Source of the DNA: Bdellovibrionota bacterium | GTDB lineage: Bacteria; Bdellovibrionota_C; UBA2361; CALJRW01 | DNA length: 64,000 bases | Direction of reading: 5' to 3' | NCBI GenBank assembly: GCA_041740355.1 | Contig: JBGSMD010000026.1 | Coordinates: 1-64,000, forward strand | Part shown: piece by piece, positions 29,740 through 40,026 of the stretch | How the letters are laid out: every line of letters starts with the position of its first letter | Numbering within the stretch: position 1 is the stretch's first letter | Made by a program: the position numbers and the translations under genes | The notes under the pieces: model-generated | The model's input: only the letters and a program-made list of their open reading frames with translations | Database searches by the model: none | Told to the model about the DNA's origin: nothing

Positions 29740-31380
29740 TTGCAAATGATCACATATCAACGAAGACCTGAAGAACTTAGCCTTGTAGCTAAGCGACAAT
29801 TAGAAAATTCACCAATCATTTCAGTCGTTGGTATTAATACGGGAGATGAAGGTAAGGGCAGAACAGTTACCGATACTGTTAAGCTGCTATCAAAGTTAAG
29901 AAATGTTCCCAATCCGGTGCATATGGTTTTTAAGGTCAATGGTGGATCCAATTCTGGTCATACAGTTGACGGACTAAAACACAACTTAGTTCCTGGAGGA
30001 ATTAAAGATCCAAACATAAAATTTTTGGCTCTTGGTCGAGGTGTAGTTGCTGACCCGCGAAAACTTCTTTGGGAAATAACAGTTTTAAAAGACATTCTAG
30101 AGAAGGATGGTGTGCAAGTTGATCGGCGAATAAAAATTGATAACCGCTGTATGGTTTCAGACTTAAGCGATCGCTTATTAGATTTAGCAGGTGAATTATC
30201 TTTGCAAAAAAAAGAAGGTACTAGCCGGGGCTCTACAGGTCGGGGGATTGCACCAGCGTTTGAACATGAAGCCAATCATTCTCAAATATTTTTTGAAACT
30301 CTAATTGACGATCCTGAATTATTTGCTACCCAGCTAACTAAACGTATGGAAGAAGCCGGCCTTCGAATTCGTGATATTTATCAGCTGACAGAAAGGGAAT
30401 GGTACCAGTTGTTTGAGAAATTAACTCAAGCTGAAACTAAAGCACACTTAGAACCAATACGTGATGGTGTATTATCAGAAGATGAATTTAATTTTAAAAG
30501 ATTTGCGACAAGTCGCCCCTTTGAGCTTAATCATCAAGCTTTAATTGCAGAGTATTTTCAAACTGGTCAGTATTTCAAGAAAGACTTAATTGATGTTGGT
30601 GAGCTAGCACTAGAAATAATTGCTCATGGTCACCAAATTATCGCCGAACATGGGCAGTCTTACGGACTAGATAAAAGACATGGCCTTACACCCTTTAGTT
30701 CAACATCATCACACACCTATACCCCAGAAGTCTGGCAGAGTTTAGATATACCTTCTCAAATCACAGCTTACATACAAGGTGTTTGTAAAGCCTATGACAC
30801 TAAAGTTGGAAATCATATTTTTCTAACTCAAATAGAAGAAGAACATCCACTTAGATCTATTTTAGAGCAAGTTGAGTTTGGAACTTCCACTGGTAGACAA
30901 CGAATGGTTGGTTGGAGCGACCTTGTAGAGAAAGGGCATACCTTAAGAAGAGGTGGATATGATGATTTAATCATTAATAAACTAGATATGCTAACAGCTA
31001 GTGGAGATTGGCAAGGCCCACTAAAGGCTTGTGTGGCCTATGAAGATACGGAAGGACATAAATATTATTCTGTTCCATCTAATAATAAGATTCGAGCGGT
31101 GCTTAAGCCAGTATATGTTGAAATGGATGTCTGGAAAGAAGACATTTCTGGAATCAGAGAATTTGAAAAGTTACCACAAGCAGCAAAAGACTACATCGTT
31201 TTTTCTTACTCACAAATTGTAACTATTGCCGAAACGAAAGGAAACATTCTACCAAGCGGTTGGCCAACCTTGCGTTTTGTGGGCGTTGGTCCAGACTCAG
31301 ATCAAATTATTTCTGATATTCCAGCACCACATATCCTGATGGCAATGGCGGATCAACTAAAAGAAAGAATGTTCCCATAA
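29740..31380 (+). CDS. purA: Adenylosuccinate synthetase, long divergent form
   Basis: GDEGKG, GGSNSGHT, STGRGIAPA, EFGTSTGRQRMVGW, NKLD, VGVGP. Confidence 0.9.
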   Translation: MQMITYQRRPEELSLVAKRQLENSPIISVVGINTGDEGKGRTVTDTVKLLSKLRNVPNPVHMVFKVNGGSNSGHTVDGLKHNLVPGGIKDPNIKFLALGRGVVADPRKLLWEITVLKDILEKDGVQVDRRIKIDNRCMVSDLSDRLLDLAGELSLQKKEGTSRGSTGRGIAPAFEHEANHSQIFFETLIDDPELFATQLTKRMEEAGLRIRDIYQLTEREWYQLFEKLTQAETKAHLEPIRDGVLSEDEFNFKRFATSRPFELNHQALIAEYFQTGQYFKKDLIDVGELALEIIAHGHQIIAEHGQSYGLDKRHGLTPFSSTSSHTYTPEVWQSLDIPSQITAYIQGVCKAYDTKVGNHIFLTQIEEEHPLRSILEQVEFGTSTGRQRMVGWSDLVEKGHTLRRGGYDDLIINKLDMLTASGDWQGPLKACVAYEDTEGHKYYSVPSNNKIRAVLKPVYVEMDVWKEDISGIREFEKLPQAAKDYIVFSYSQIVTIAETKGNILPSGWPTLRFVGVGPDSDQIISDIPAPHILMAMADQLKERMFP

Positions 31381-31640
31381 AGCAAATCAAAGACTTTTGA
31401 ACTTATTATTTTGCTAGGATACATCCCGCTGGTAATACTCCACCACAATCACTACCATACTGAGCTGCATCTTGAAGATCTCCGTAACATATTCAGCCTG
31501 GTTCTCGAAACTTGCAGTCTCTGTAATCCTAATCACATTAAAAGCAACATTTTTTATGTAGTAAGCTAGATAAAGTCTTAGCACCAGATAACAAATCGCT
31601 TATAATGTAAGTATGCCGAGAATTCTCCTTTTTTAATTAA

Positions 31641-32564
31641 ATGAAAGTGACACTGAATATTTCCAAGCTACTGGAACAAGGTAAAATTACCAAGGATGAA
31701 TACTTGCGTTTAAATTCTCTTGCCGATCCACCAACGACTTTTATAAATACAAAGCTCTTAGTTGGATTATCTATATTAGCAATATCTATTAGTGGAGTCT
31801 TCCTTCCGCGCTCACCAGAAGCAACACTCTTAACGGGTATTGGCCTTCGCTTATTTACAATCTTCATTTCTAAATTACCTAACTGGCAGATACTCAAGAC
31901 TATCTCTTCACTAGCTGGAGCATTATTTATGGGAGCTGGTATTATCTGGATGGGAGAAGGTTCACATGTCGCATTTTTATTGGTTACTTTTTTATTTGCA
32001 CTGCTTGGATTATACAGTAAAGATAAGCTTCTAATAATTCTCTCCGTACTGAGTTTAACATTTATTCCAACTGGTATTACCGCAGAATCGTCATGGGATT
32101 ATTTTATGCCGTTTCGTGATCCTATCTTAACAATTTCTATCCATACAATTTTAATAATTGTTGGTTATCAGCTATCATTTAACTTACGCAATCACGCTGA
32201 GCAGTTAGCAATAGTTGCAGCACGTACTGCTGTCATTGTAGTAAATCTTGGATTTTGGGTGGGTGCTATCTGGGGCTCTAGCAGTGGATTAATCCCCCTT
32301 AATATTTCTGCTGGTTGGTTTTCAATAATTTGGATTCTTACCCTCGTTTATGCTGCACTCTGGGCATCAAGAGCAAAACGTCCTTGGTTACAAAATGTAT
32401 TATCACTTTCTGTAGGAATACATCTTTATACACAATGGTTCACTAATTTCGGCGTTTCTTTATTTACTCTTCTGCCAGCAGTGATTCTTGCCACAGTAAT
32501 TGCTTTCCTGATCTGGAAATATCTTCAATTCCAGAAATTAGATATTATTAATAAATGGTTTTAA
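31641..32564 (+). CDS. Polytopic membrane protein
   Basis: About 9 TM segments; N-terminal LLEQGKITKDEY. Confidence 0.75.
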   Translation: MKVTLNISKLLEQGKITKDEYLRLNSLADPPTTFINTKLLVGLSILAISISGVFLPRSPEATLLTGIGLRLFTIFISKLPNWQILKTISSLAGALFMGAGIIWMGEGSHVAFLLVTFLFALLGLYSKDKLLIILSVLSLTFIPTGITAESSWDYFMPFRDPILTISIHTILIIVGYQLSFNLRNHAEQLAIVAARTAVIVVNLGFWVGAIWGSSSGLIPLNISAGWFSIIWILTLVYAALWASRAKRPWLQNVLSLSVGIHLYTQWFTNFGVSLFTLLPAVILATVIAFLIWKYLQFQKLDIINKWF

Positions 32565-32766
32565 CTTGTTATCTTCTCAAAGAAAGAGTGTAACCATACC
32601 AAATTGCTTACTAATTTATTCTGATTAATGTCTCAAAAATATCTAATTATTTAAAGTAATAATATGATTCCTATCATATAAAACCCAATCATTGTCTGCC
32701 ACTCTCATTACTAAATAAATCCAAGTTTGAAAAAACCACTAGATAATTTTATTTTAGGTATTCCAT

Positions 32767-33924
32767 ATGAAAGCTGCTGTTTTTCATCGTCCCGGCAAAA
32801 TCACTGTTGATAATGTAGAAGATCCTCAAATTGAACATCCACAAGATGTAATTTTAAAAGTAACTGCAACTGCCATCTGTGGTTCAGATCTACATATGCT
32901 TAACGGGTATATACCGCAGGCACGCCCCATGACTATGGGCCATGAATTTATGGGTATAGTAGAAGAAGTTGGAAATGAAATCTCAAATTTAAAAGTAGGC
33001 GATCGGGTTGTTGTTCCATTTCCGATCGCCTGTGGTAATTGCCATTTCTGCCATGAATTACTTCCTGGTCACTGTGAACATTCCAACGAAAAAAAATATG
33101 GCCCAGAAGGTGGCATTCTAACAGAAAAGGGTGGTGGCATGTTTGGTTACTCCGATCTATATGGTGGATACAACGGAGGGCAGGCTGAATATGTAAGAGT
33201 ACCATATGCGCAATTTGGACCAAGAATTGTTCCCGCTGAACTAAAAGACGAAGAGGCTTTATTTTTAACTGATATTTTCCCTACCGGATATAGTGCGATT
33301 GACTGGTCGCAGATGAAAGGTGGTGAAACAGTAGTTGTTTTCGGTTGTGGTCCGGTAGGATTAATGGCCATGAAATCAGCCTGGTTAAAAGGTGCTAGTA
33401 GAGTAATTGGTGTTGATTTTTTAGAGTATCGCTTAGCAGCAGCTCGTCAACATGCTCAAGCTGAAACAATTAATGCTAATGATGAAGACCTAATTGAAAA
33501 AATTCGTTCGATGACTAACGGACGTGGAGCTGATGTTGCAGTTGATGCCGTGGGATTGGAGGCTAAGCGAAGTTTATTAGAGAAAGCTGCAAATATTATC
33601 CATGCTCAAGTTGGTTCAATTAACGCCCTTCGGATGGCAATCAGCGCTGTGCGACGGGGTGGCGTGGTAACCACTGTTGGAGTTTACGCTATTCCCTATG
33701 ATAACTTTCCACTTGGACAAATTTTTGACAAAGGATTAACTCTTCGCTTTGGTCAGGCTCCTGTGCACAAATATATTGATCAGCTAATGAAATTGGTAGT
33801 CGAAAGAAAATTAAAGCTTGATGATATCATTACTCACCGCATGCCATTACTCCAAGCTTCTGAGGGCTATGATTTATTTAATAATAAAGAAGATAACTGC
33901 GTGAAGGTGGTCTTAATTCCTTAA
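32767..33924 (+). CDS. Zinc-dependent alcohol/aldehyde dehydrogenase (MDR superfamily)
   Basis: ICGSDLH, GHEFMG, CGNCHFC, GCGPVG. Confidence 0.93.
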   Translation: MKAAVFHRPGKITVDNVEDPQIEHPQDVILKVTATAICGSDLHMLNGYIPQARPMTMGHEFMGIVEEVGNEISNLKVGDRVVVPFPIACGNCHFCHELLPGHCEHSNEKKYGPEGGILTEKGGGMFGYSDLYGGYNGGQAEYVRVPYAQFGPRIVPAELKDEEALFLTDIFPTGYSAIDWSQMKGGETVVVFGCGPVGLMAMKSAWLKGASRVIGVDFLEYRLAAARQHAQAETINANDEDLIEKIRSMTNGRGADVAVDAVGLEAKRSLLEKAANIIHAQVGSINALRMAISAVRRGGVVTTVGVYAIPYDNFPLGQIFDKGLTLRFGQAPVHKYIDQLMKLVVERKLKLDDIITHRMPLLQASEGYDLFNNKEDNCVKVVLIP

Positions 33925-34115
33925 GATAAATTAATTTGGATCCAATTTTCAGAAATTCTTAGTGATCGCTATTAATCATAGGGGTTACTACCATCGAGTA
34001 GATTACCCTAATAAAATTAAATCTAATTATAATTAATGGAAGTTTCCGATTATGACTGGGTTGTTTGAAGCGACCAAAGGGGCTTACTAAATCTGACATA
34101 ACAGAACAGGAAAAA

Positions 34116-34649
34116 TCAATCTTCGTGGTCATCTGATTTGTCCACTGTGAGCTTTTTACTGGCATCCCGTTCATAGTTCACAGTACATGTTGATTCGAAA
34201 TCAGACCAAGCATATTTAATATCTTTGCGAGGAAAACCTTTTTCTTCAATCGCAGCTAGTAGAGAAGCTTGGAAATCTCTGGCCATCTTAGGACTGCGAT
34301 CGTCGCCAGGTGATAGCCCAGCAACAGCTATCTCAGCTTTGGAAACATTAATCTTTAACAGATCAATTAAATCTAAAAACTTACCAACTATTTCTGGATC
34401 GTTTCTGATGGGATCTGGATAATGTAATCCAAGAATCACTTGTGGTTGTTTGGAAACTAGGATCATACCAAGACAAGGACCTACGCCTTCTGAAGTAACG
34501 AACTCAGGATTGCCAGTAATAATTAATACTTCATGTTCTTGAATCCTTACCTCATCACTATATTCCGCACGGATATGCCTGAAATTAGCAGCTTTAAACA
34601 AAGCGGCTTGTTCGCTAGTTATCTGTAAATTTGATTCTGGATTTGGCAT
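34116..34649 (-). CDS. Hypothetical protein, CheD-like Cys-His fold
   Basis: VTSEGVGPCLGMILV...ILGLHY resembles CheD TxxLGSCxxxxL...GxxH. Confidence 0.6.
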   Translation of the reverse strand: MPNPESNLQITSEQAALFKAANFRHIRAEYSDEVRIQEHEVLIITGNPEFVTSEGVGPCLGMILVSKQPQVILGLHYPDPIRNDPEIVGKFLDLIDLLKINVSKAEIAVAGLSPGDDRSPKMARDFQASLLAAIEEKGFPRKDIKYAWSDFESTCTVNYERDASKKLTVDKSDDHED

Positions 34650-34761
34650 GATGCGATAAATTCGACTGTTTTTTAGGTAATCTTTAGCTATATTTATTAC
34701 GATAAGACAATCTAGCTTCTAAGCTCATAATATCTTATAGAGTGACTATTGCTAAAAATTA

Positions 34762-35748
34762 ATGTCTTACCTTCGTACTTTTTACAAAAAACCATCTCTC
34801 AAAGAGTTTAAAGCTTCCCTGATTTGGTATGCCTACCTCGCTCCTTATTGTCTAGCAATCCTCTCCCTCGTCACGGCTTATTCAGGTTCAAGCTCCTTTT
34901 ATATACTTGCTCTCTTTGAACATTTTCGATTGCAATATCTAATCCTCGGAATAGTGTTTTTGGGTTTTAGTATTTTTCATAAAAGGCCCCCTTTAATCCT
35001 AGCTTCTATAATAATTATTTCGGTGAATTACTATTTGCTGAGTCCATATGTAACAAACTCTTGGAAAGACTCTGAAGTAACGGCCCAAACAACATTAAAA
35101 GTAAGTAGCTTTAATATTTATACTGCTAATCCATATAAAGAAGAATTTATCAGCCAATTATTAAAGCTAAAACTAGACATTGCGGTCATACTAGAAGTTA
35201 ACAATCTTTGGTTTCAATCATTACAGCAACTAACAAGCGAATACCCATACACAATATCAAAAGTGCGCGAAGATAATTTTGGAATTGCTTTGTTTAGCAA
35301 ATATCCCATAAAGAATGCTCAAGTGATAGAATTATTTCCAGATGCCCCTCCGAGTCTAAAAGCCAAGATTGAAGTGCATGGCAAAACTTTTCAGATCCTA
35401 GCGACTCACCCAGTTCCACCAGTTAGTCAAAAATATTTAGAACTTAGGGATCAACAATTAGCTAGCATTGCCTTAAATATTAATCAAAGTGGAACTGATT
35501 ACCAAGTTGTCCTAGGTGATTTAAATATTACACCGTGGTCACAAAACTTTAAAAAGCTTCTGGCAGTTAGTAATTTACAGGATGCTCGTAGTAATTTTGG
35601 GTATCATGCAACATGGCCGAGTCATAAAAAAATAATGTTTATACCAATTGATTATATTCTAGTCGATAAAAGTCTTAGAACTCTCTCCTTTGAGTCAATT
35701 CCAATTTTAGGATCAGATCATTACGGAATTATTGCTAGATTAAAATAA
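34762..35748 (+). CDS. Membrane-anchored endonuclease/exonuclease/phosphatase family protein
   Basis: N-terminal TMs; SFNI, LEV, HPVPP, GDLN, IDYIL, GSDH. Confidence 0.9.
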   Translation: MSYLRTFYKKPSLKEFKASLIWYAYLAPYCLAILSLVTAYSGSSSFYILALFEHFRLQYLILGIVFLGFSIFHKRPPLILASIIIISVNYYLLSPYVTNSWKDSEVTAQTTLKVSSFNIYTANPYKEEFISQLLKLKLDIAVILEVNNLWFQSLQQLTSEYPYTISKVREDNFGIALFSKYPIKNAQVIELFPDAPPSLKAKIEVHGKTFQILATHPVPPVSQKYLELRDQQLASIALNINQSGTDYQVVLGDLNITPWSQNFKKLLAVSNLQDARSNFGYHATWPSHKKIMFIPIDYILVDKSLRTLSFESIPILGSDHYGIIARLK

Positions 35749-35864
35749 AAGTACTAAATTTTTGATTGAGATTTTCAATTATAATCAAATCTTTTATTTA
35801 TACTAGACGATATTGAAAACTACCGTTTGATTTTTAGTTGTCTAGCAGATTAAGCACAACGTGT

Positions 35865-36374
35865 TTAATGCGACCCAAGTGGGGTCGCAAAGGTATTTTT
35901 TATTTCACTAAATTGTGTTTTAACAGCTGGAAACTGCTTTTCCAGTTCCGTTATTAACCATTTAATTTCTTCTTGAAGTGGAGAAACAATTTTTGGAAAT
36001 AGCGGATCTTGAATTAATCCTGCAATCAATAATAACTGCCGAGCTTGTGCCGGATCAAGTAATCCTTCATTTATCTCAACTCCTTTACTTAATCCAGCGA
36101 CTACACCCTTTAGTGTTGTTTGGAAATCAAGCGCAGCAATATTGGAAATTTGCTGAGACTTAGCCAGCTTAGCACGATGTGCTTCTTTCAGGTCATCTTC
36201 TAGATAATGAATTCTTTCGTCATAAGCAGAATTTTCTCCGAATATTTTAATAGTACGTGCTATTTCAGCTGAACGAAAAAGAGACTCAATATCAGGAATG
36301 TCAATAACTGTATGGGGATCAGTCTCTGGTTTCATTTGGATATTTCGTACGATAGTCAAAATCCAATTTACCAA
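35865..36374 (-). CDS. Hypothetical protein
   Basis: Open frame filling the intergenic gap; start probably at MKPET. Confidence 0.55.
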   Translation of the reverse strand: MVNWILTIVRNIQMKPETDPHTVIDIPDIESLFRSAEIARTIKIFGENSAYDERIHYLEDDLKEAHRAKLAKSQQISNIAALDFQTTLKGVVAGLSKGVEINEGLLDPAQARQLLLIAGLIQDPLFPKIVSPLQEEIKWLITELEKQFPAVKTQFSEIKNTFATPLGSH

Positions 36375-36400
36375 AAATCAGACTGCTAAGATAGCATTAC

Positions 36401-37204
36401 TTAACTCTTAAGGACCGAACGCTTTAGCTGATTGAGTAATTTTAGAATCCACCAAACCGGAAGTAATCGATAGCCTTTTCTAAAAAACAGGGGGGCAGTA
36501 GAACGAAGATACATAATGTATCTTTTCCAAATTCTTAAAATACTATGGGACTCAAAGTCAGATAACTCACCTTGAACTACAGTTGGAAAAAATACCCCCG
36601 TCATCCTGTGCTTTAAGCAATTTTCAATAAAATAGAAATCACTATAATCTAAAAAAACCTGCTCGTTATATCCCCCTACAGTATTAAAAAGTTCTAAGTC
36701 AATAAGCAATCCCGAATTTATTGGACGAAAAATATTTAAATTGATCAAACCATGTTTAGGCTTTGGATTAGCATACCAGGCGCGAGAGTATTTAAACTCC
36801 GCAGGGGAAATCATTTTTTTATTAGCTATAACTTCTGGAAAAAAGATTTGCTCCTGTGGTAAGTCAGCCTTAGAAAGGATAAATGTTTGCATAAAATTAT
36901 CTGGGAATTCAGAATCTTGATCGGCTAGTAAGAGATAATCATATCCATGACTAGAAGCATACTCCGCCGCACGGTTATATGCCTTACTAACTCCGGGGTT
37001 AGAGTAGTCTTGATAAGAATACACTCGCGGATCTCCTAAAGTTTCGGAGTCAATGCTATTTAAATGAACAAAGAAATTGAGCCCCTTATTTTGAGCTAAG
37101 GAGTGATAAGCAGCTGAGTCTTTTAAACTACACTGATAAAGCACAATCACAGCGAGGATCTTTGGTTTTTCAGGAGTGTGGTTATTCATGGTTCCAAGAT
37201 TCAT
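36401..37204 (-). CDS. GT2 glycosyltransferase, rhamnosyltransferase-like
   Basis: NPGVSKAYN, LADQDS, INSG, LDYSD. Confidence 0.85.
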   Translation of the reverse strand: MNLGTMNNHTPEKPKILAVIVLYQCSLKDSAAYHSLAQNKGLNFFVHLNSIDSETLGDPRVYSYQDYSNPGVSKAYNRAAEYASSHGYDYLLLADQDSEFPDNFMQTFILSKADLPQEQIFFPEVIANKKMISPAEFKYSRAWYANPKPKHGLINLNIFRPINSGLLIDLELFNTVGGYNEQVFLDYSDFYFIENCLKHRMTGVFFPTVVQGELSDFESHSILRIWKRYIMYLRSTAPLFFRKGYRLLPVWWILKLLNQLKRSVLKS

Positions 37205-37267
37205 GCTGAAGGAAATTTAAGTATTCAATTTAGCTTTAGAAGTATTATCTTAATATTAAGATTTGGC

Positions 37268-38935
37268 CTATTTAGATTTCTTTAATACATCTTTCCATTT
37301 AATACAGCGCCATTTTGCTTCAAGATCATATAAAACTAAGCGTTGCTTCTTTAATATTGGTTTTAATTGCGAAATGAACTCTGGAATATAGTCTGTTTTC
37401 TTAAAGAGTAAATATCGAAACCCATCTTCTTGACAAAGAATTTGCCACTCGCCCTTTTTTATTTTTTCTTCGATCTGTCTAGAACCTTCCTCTACATAAC
37501 TAGGGAGGCGAGAAACATAACCATTCGACTTTGGCATTTCATAAATAGTTTGCCAAAATAAACCTTTAGCTAAGGGTGCAATATTATTAACATCGATCAA
37601 GGCATATTCTTTAGAAAGGCTACTCATTTGAGAAATCAATGTCGGAACGTGAAGTTTAGACAATGGTAACATTTTAGGCAAAGTTTCCAAAACGATAAAA
37701 AATGTTAAAAGACAATAAATAATGGTTTTCTTGCCCTTTAAAGACTCCACCGCAATTCCACACAAAACTGCAAGCATTAGTGAAGTAATCATCGCCATGC
37801 GCGAAGGAATTCCACCAACTTTTAAAATTGGAATCAGCATTTCCAAAAATTCATATGGCATTATTGATAAGGTATCTTTGCCAAGAATCTGCAAAGTAGG
37901 GCCAAAAGAAAAAAGTAAAAAGATTACCCCAATGCCAAATAACCCAAGTCGTTCAAAAAGTGATCTTTTGCCTCTGATCACTCCGATAACCGCCAAGCAA
38001 ATAGTTGCTATCCCTAGATAGGCACTACCCTCAATTGGACCAGCTCTAAATTTTGACCAAAAATAATGTGTATACTCGGCAAACTTCCAATATCCTCCCG
38101 GAACAAATGCTGAATATAAATCAAGTGAAAATTCTGTGGCAGTATGTGTTTGGGCAATTCCACCCTTAGATAATGTCAGTAATCTTATAATAAATGGCCA
38201 GGTCCAAATTAATGTCAGAAGCGTAAAGCTGATCAGAACAATAGAACATTTTTTGACCGCTGAGATACTTTTAAAATTGCCGTAAATGACAAGAAAGAAA
38301 CAAGCAACTAAGGCTGTATATACTGCATAATAATAATCACTAAAAAAAACTGGCAGAAAGGCAATCGAGGAAAGAATTGCTCCTTTAAAACTTGGCAATT
38401 GAATTAAATATTTCCAACTAAGTAAAAACAAAGGAATCCACTGAGTTGTGATAAGATTAATATGACCCTGCGCATGAGCGATACGATAAGCACAATAAGT
38501 AAAACTAAGACTACCTATAATCTGACCAATCTTACCAACGCCATAAGATCTTATTAACACTCCAGTGGTCACTCCCGTCAGAATAAAACTGAGAAGTACT
38601 GTTAAGTTATGTATCTGAGTTATCGAGAGGAAGCTGCTCAGCAAGACGGCAGGAAAGGTATTAATGGCCGAAAGGGTATGAACCACCAAAGGTGCCCCGA
38701 TTGGAAAGAATTGAAAATGACTATACCAAGGATTTTGACCTAATTCGCGAATCGAATAATTTACCCACCAAAAATTCCAATAATTTTGCAAACCATCACC
38801 AGGATGCGACATCAAGTGGCTGCTAAAAGACAAGACCCATGGGTATGTTACAAAAAATAAATATATTGAGTGAAATAAAATAAGAATCAGGATGTCTTCT
38901 AATACAGGATATTTTCTAAAGACTAGAGACTTCAT
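37268..38935 (-). CDS. Polytopic GT-C-like glycosyltransferase
   Basis: GDGLQNYWNFWW, FFPIG, GHINL...QWIPL, YLG, RM; many TMs. Confidence 0.7.
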   Translation of the reverse strand: MKSLVFRKYPVLEDILILILFHSIYLFFVTYPWVLSFSSHLMSHPGDGLQNYWNFWWVNYSIRELGQNPWYSHFQFFPIGAPLVVHTLSAINTFPAVLLSSFLSITQIHNLTVLLSFILTGVTTGVLIRSYGVGKIGQIIGSLSFTYCAYRIAHAQGHINLITTQWIPLFLLSWKYLIQLPSFKGAILSSIAFLPVFFSDYYYAVYTALVACFFLVIYGNFKSISAVKKCSIVLISFTLLTLIWTWPFIIRLLTLSKGGIAQTHTATEFSLDLYSAFVPGGYWKFAEYTHYFWSKFRAGPIEGSAYLGIATICLAVIGVIRGKRSLFERLGLFGIGVIFLLFSFGPTLQILGKDTLSIMPYEFLEMLIPILKVGGIPSRMAMITSLMLAVLCGIAVESLKGKKTIIYCLLTFFIVLETLPKMLPLSKLHVPTLISQMSSLSKEYALIDVNNIAPLAKGLFWQTIYEMPKSNGYVSRLPSYVEEGSRQIEEKIKKGEWQILCQEDGFRYLLFKKTDYIPEFISQLKPILKKQRLVLYDLEAKWRCIKWKDVLKKSK

Positions 38936-38943
38936 AAGGGCAA

Positions 38944-39765
38944 CTATTTGTTACAAATTACTGAAATTATGCTTGGACGTGCTTTGTGCCTATATTTTAT
39001 GACAAACAGAGTAAAAAACATTTTTATGGAATCAGTGATTAGATTGACCTTAGAACCAGGAGTACTATGCCAGTTAACTGGTATCTCAGAAAAAATAAAA
39101 TTATTAAGTTTTGCCAAGTACAAAAGCTCTACGTCGAAATTAAATCCTTCGATGCTCTGACAAGGGAAAATTGTCTGGGCTGCTTTTTGTGTAAATAACT
39201 TAAAGCCACATTGCGTGTCCTGAACCCCTTTAATTAATAATAGATTTACCAAAAGGTTAAATGTTCGTCCAATTATAATACGATGGAAGTGAGCCTTAAT
39301 TTCAGTTTCGCCGTTCTGTTTGGCACGAGATCCAATAGCAATATCAGCATTTGTCTCCTTCAGGTTTGAAAGTAACTTACTTATTTCTGAAATTGGAGTT
39401 GAACCATCCGCATCATTAAACAATACAAATTGACCTTTAGAATTTAGCGCTCCAGTTTTAACAGCATGCCCCTTGCCTCTGTTTCTTGCTAATTTAATCA
39501 GCCGAACCTGAGATCTAATTTTTTCAAATTTCTTAACGACCTGAGAGGTTTGATCAGTGCTGCCATCGTCAACGACAATTATTTCATAGGAATAATCTTG
39601 CTCATCAAGATAATCAATCATTTCAATTAAGGTTGGAGGAAGCCGTCGCTCTTCATTATAGGCTGGTACGATAATGGATAGATATATTGGCTTCTCAGAC
39701 ACGGGAAAGTCTTTTAACCAATCTTCATAACTTGAGCTATTCATAGTAGTGGGAAGATACACCAA
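38944..39765 (-). CDS. Polyprenyl-phosphate glycosyltransferase (Alg5/DPM-like GT2)
   Basis: PAYNEERRL, DDGSTD, NRGKG, DADG, DTQCGFK, FDVE. Confidence 0.9.
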   Translation of the reverse strand: MVYLPTTMNSSSYEDWLKDFPVSEKPIYLSIIVPAYNEERRLPPTLIEMIDYLDEQDYSYEIIVVDDGSTDQTSQVVKKFEKIRSQVRLIKLARNRGKGHAVKTGALNSKGQFVLFNDADGSTPISEISKLLSNLKETNADIAIGSRAKQNGETEIKAHFHRIIIGRTFNLLVNLLLIKGVQDTQCGFKLFTQKAAQTIFPCQSIEGFNFDVELLYLAKLNNFIFSEIPVNWHSTPGSKVNLITDSIKMFFTLFVIKYRHKARPSIISVICNK

Positions 39766-39942
39766 AATTTATTACAAATCGAGTGAAAGGGTCTATTAAA
39801 TCATCGGCATATTACCTTTCTGGTAACAATAAAGCGCCACAATGAATTCTAGGAGTCAAATGACTTCTGGGTTTTAGTACAAACCTAGCGTTATTCATTC
39901 TGAATAAAATAAGAAGTAAAGGATCTATTCAAGGTACACAGA

Positions 39943-39969
39943 TTGACATCGAACAGTATGGTTTATAAT
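39943..39969 (+). promoter_or_regulatory. Candidate sigma70 promoter
   Basis: TTGACA-15 bp-TATAAT; perfect boxes but a short spacer. Confidence 0.4.
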
Positions 39970-40026
39970 CTGTTGGTAATGCAATAACATTTTTTTAGAA
40001 TAGACTTTCAACGAAATCATCATACA

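Noticed and set aside
29740-31380. PurZ (diaminopurine pathway)
   Set aside because: The catalytic Asp of GDEGKG is retained, and there is no phage or datZ/mazZ context
31405-31560. Cys-rich minus-strand reading with several stops (possible gene relic)
   Set aside because: Too short and interrupted to support without a homology search
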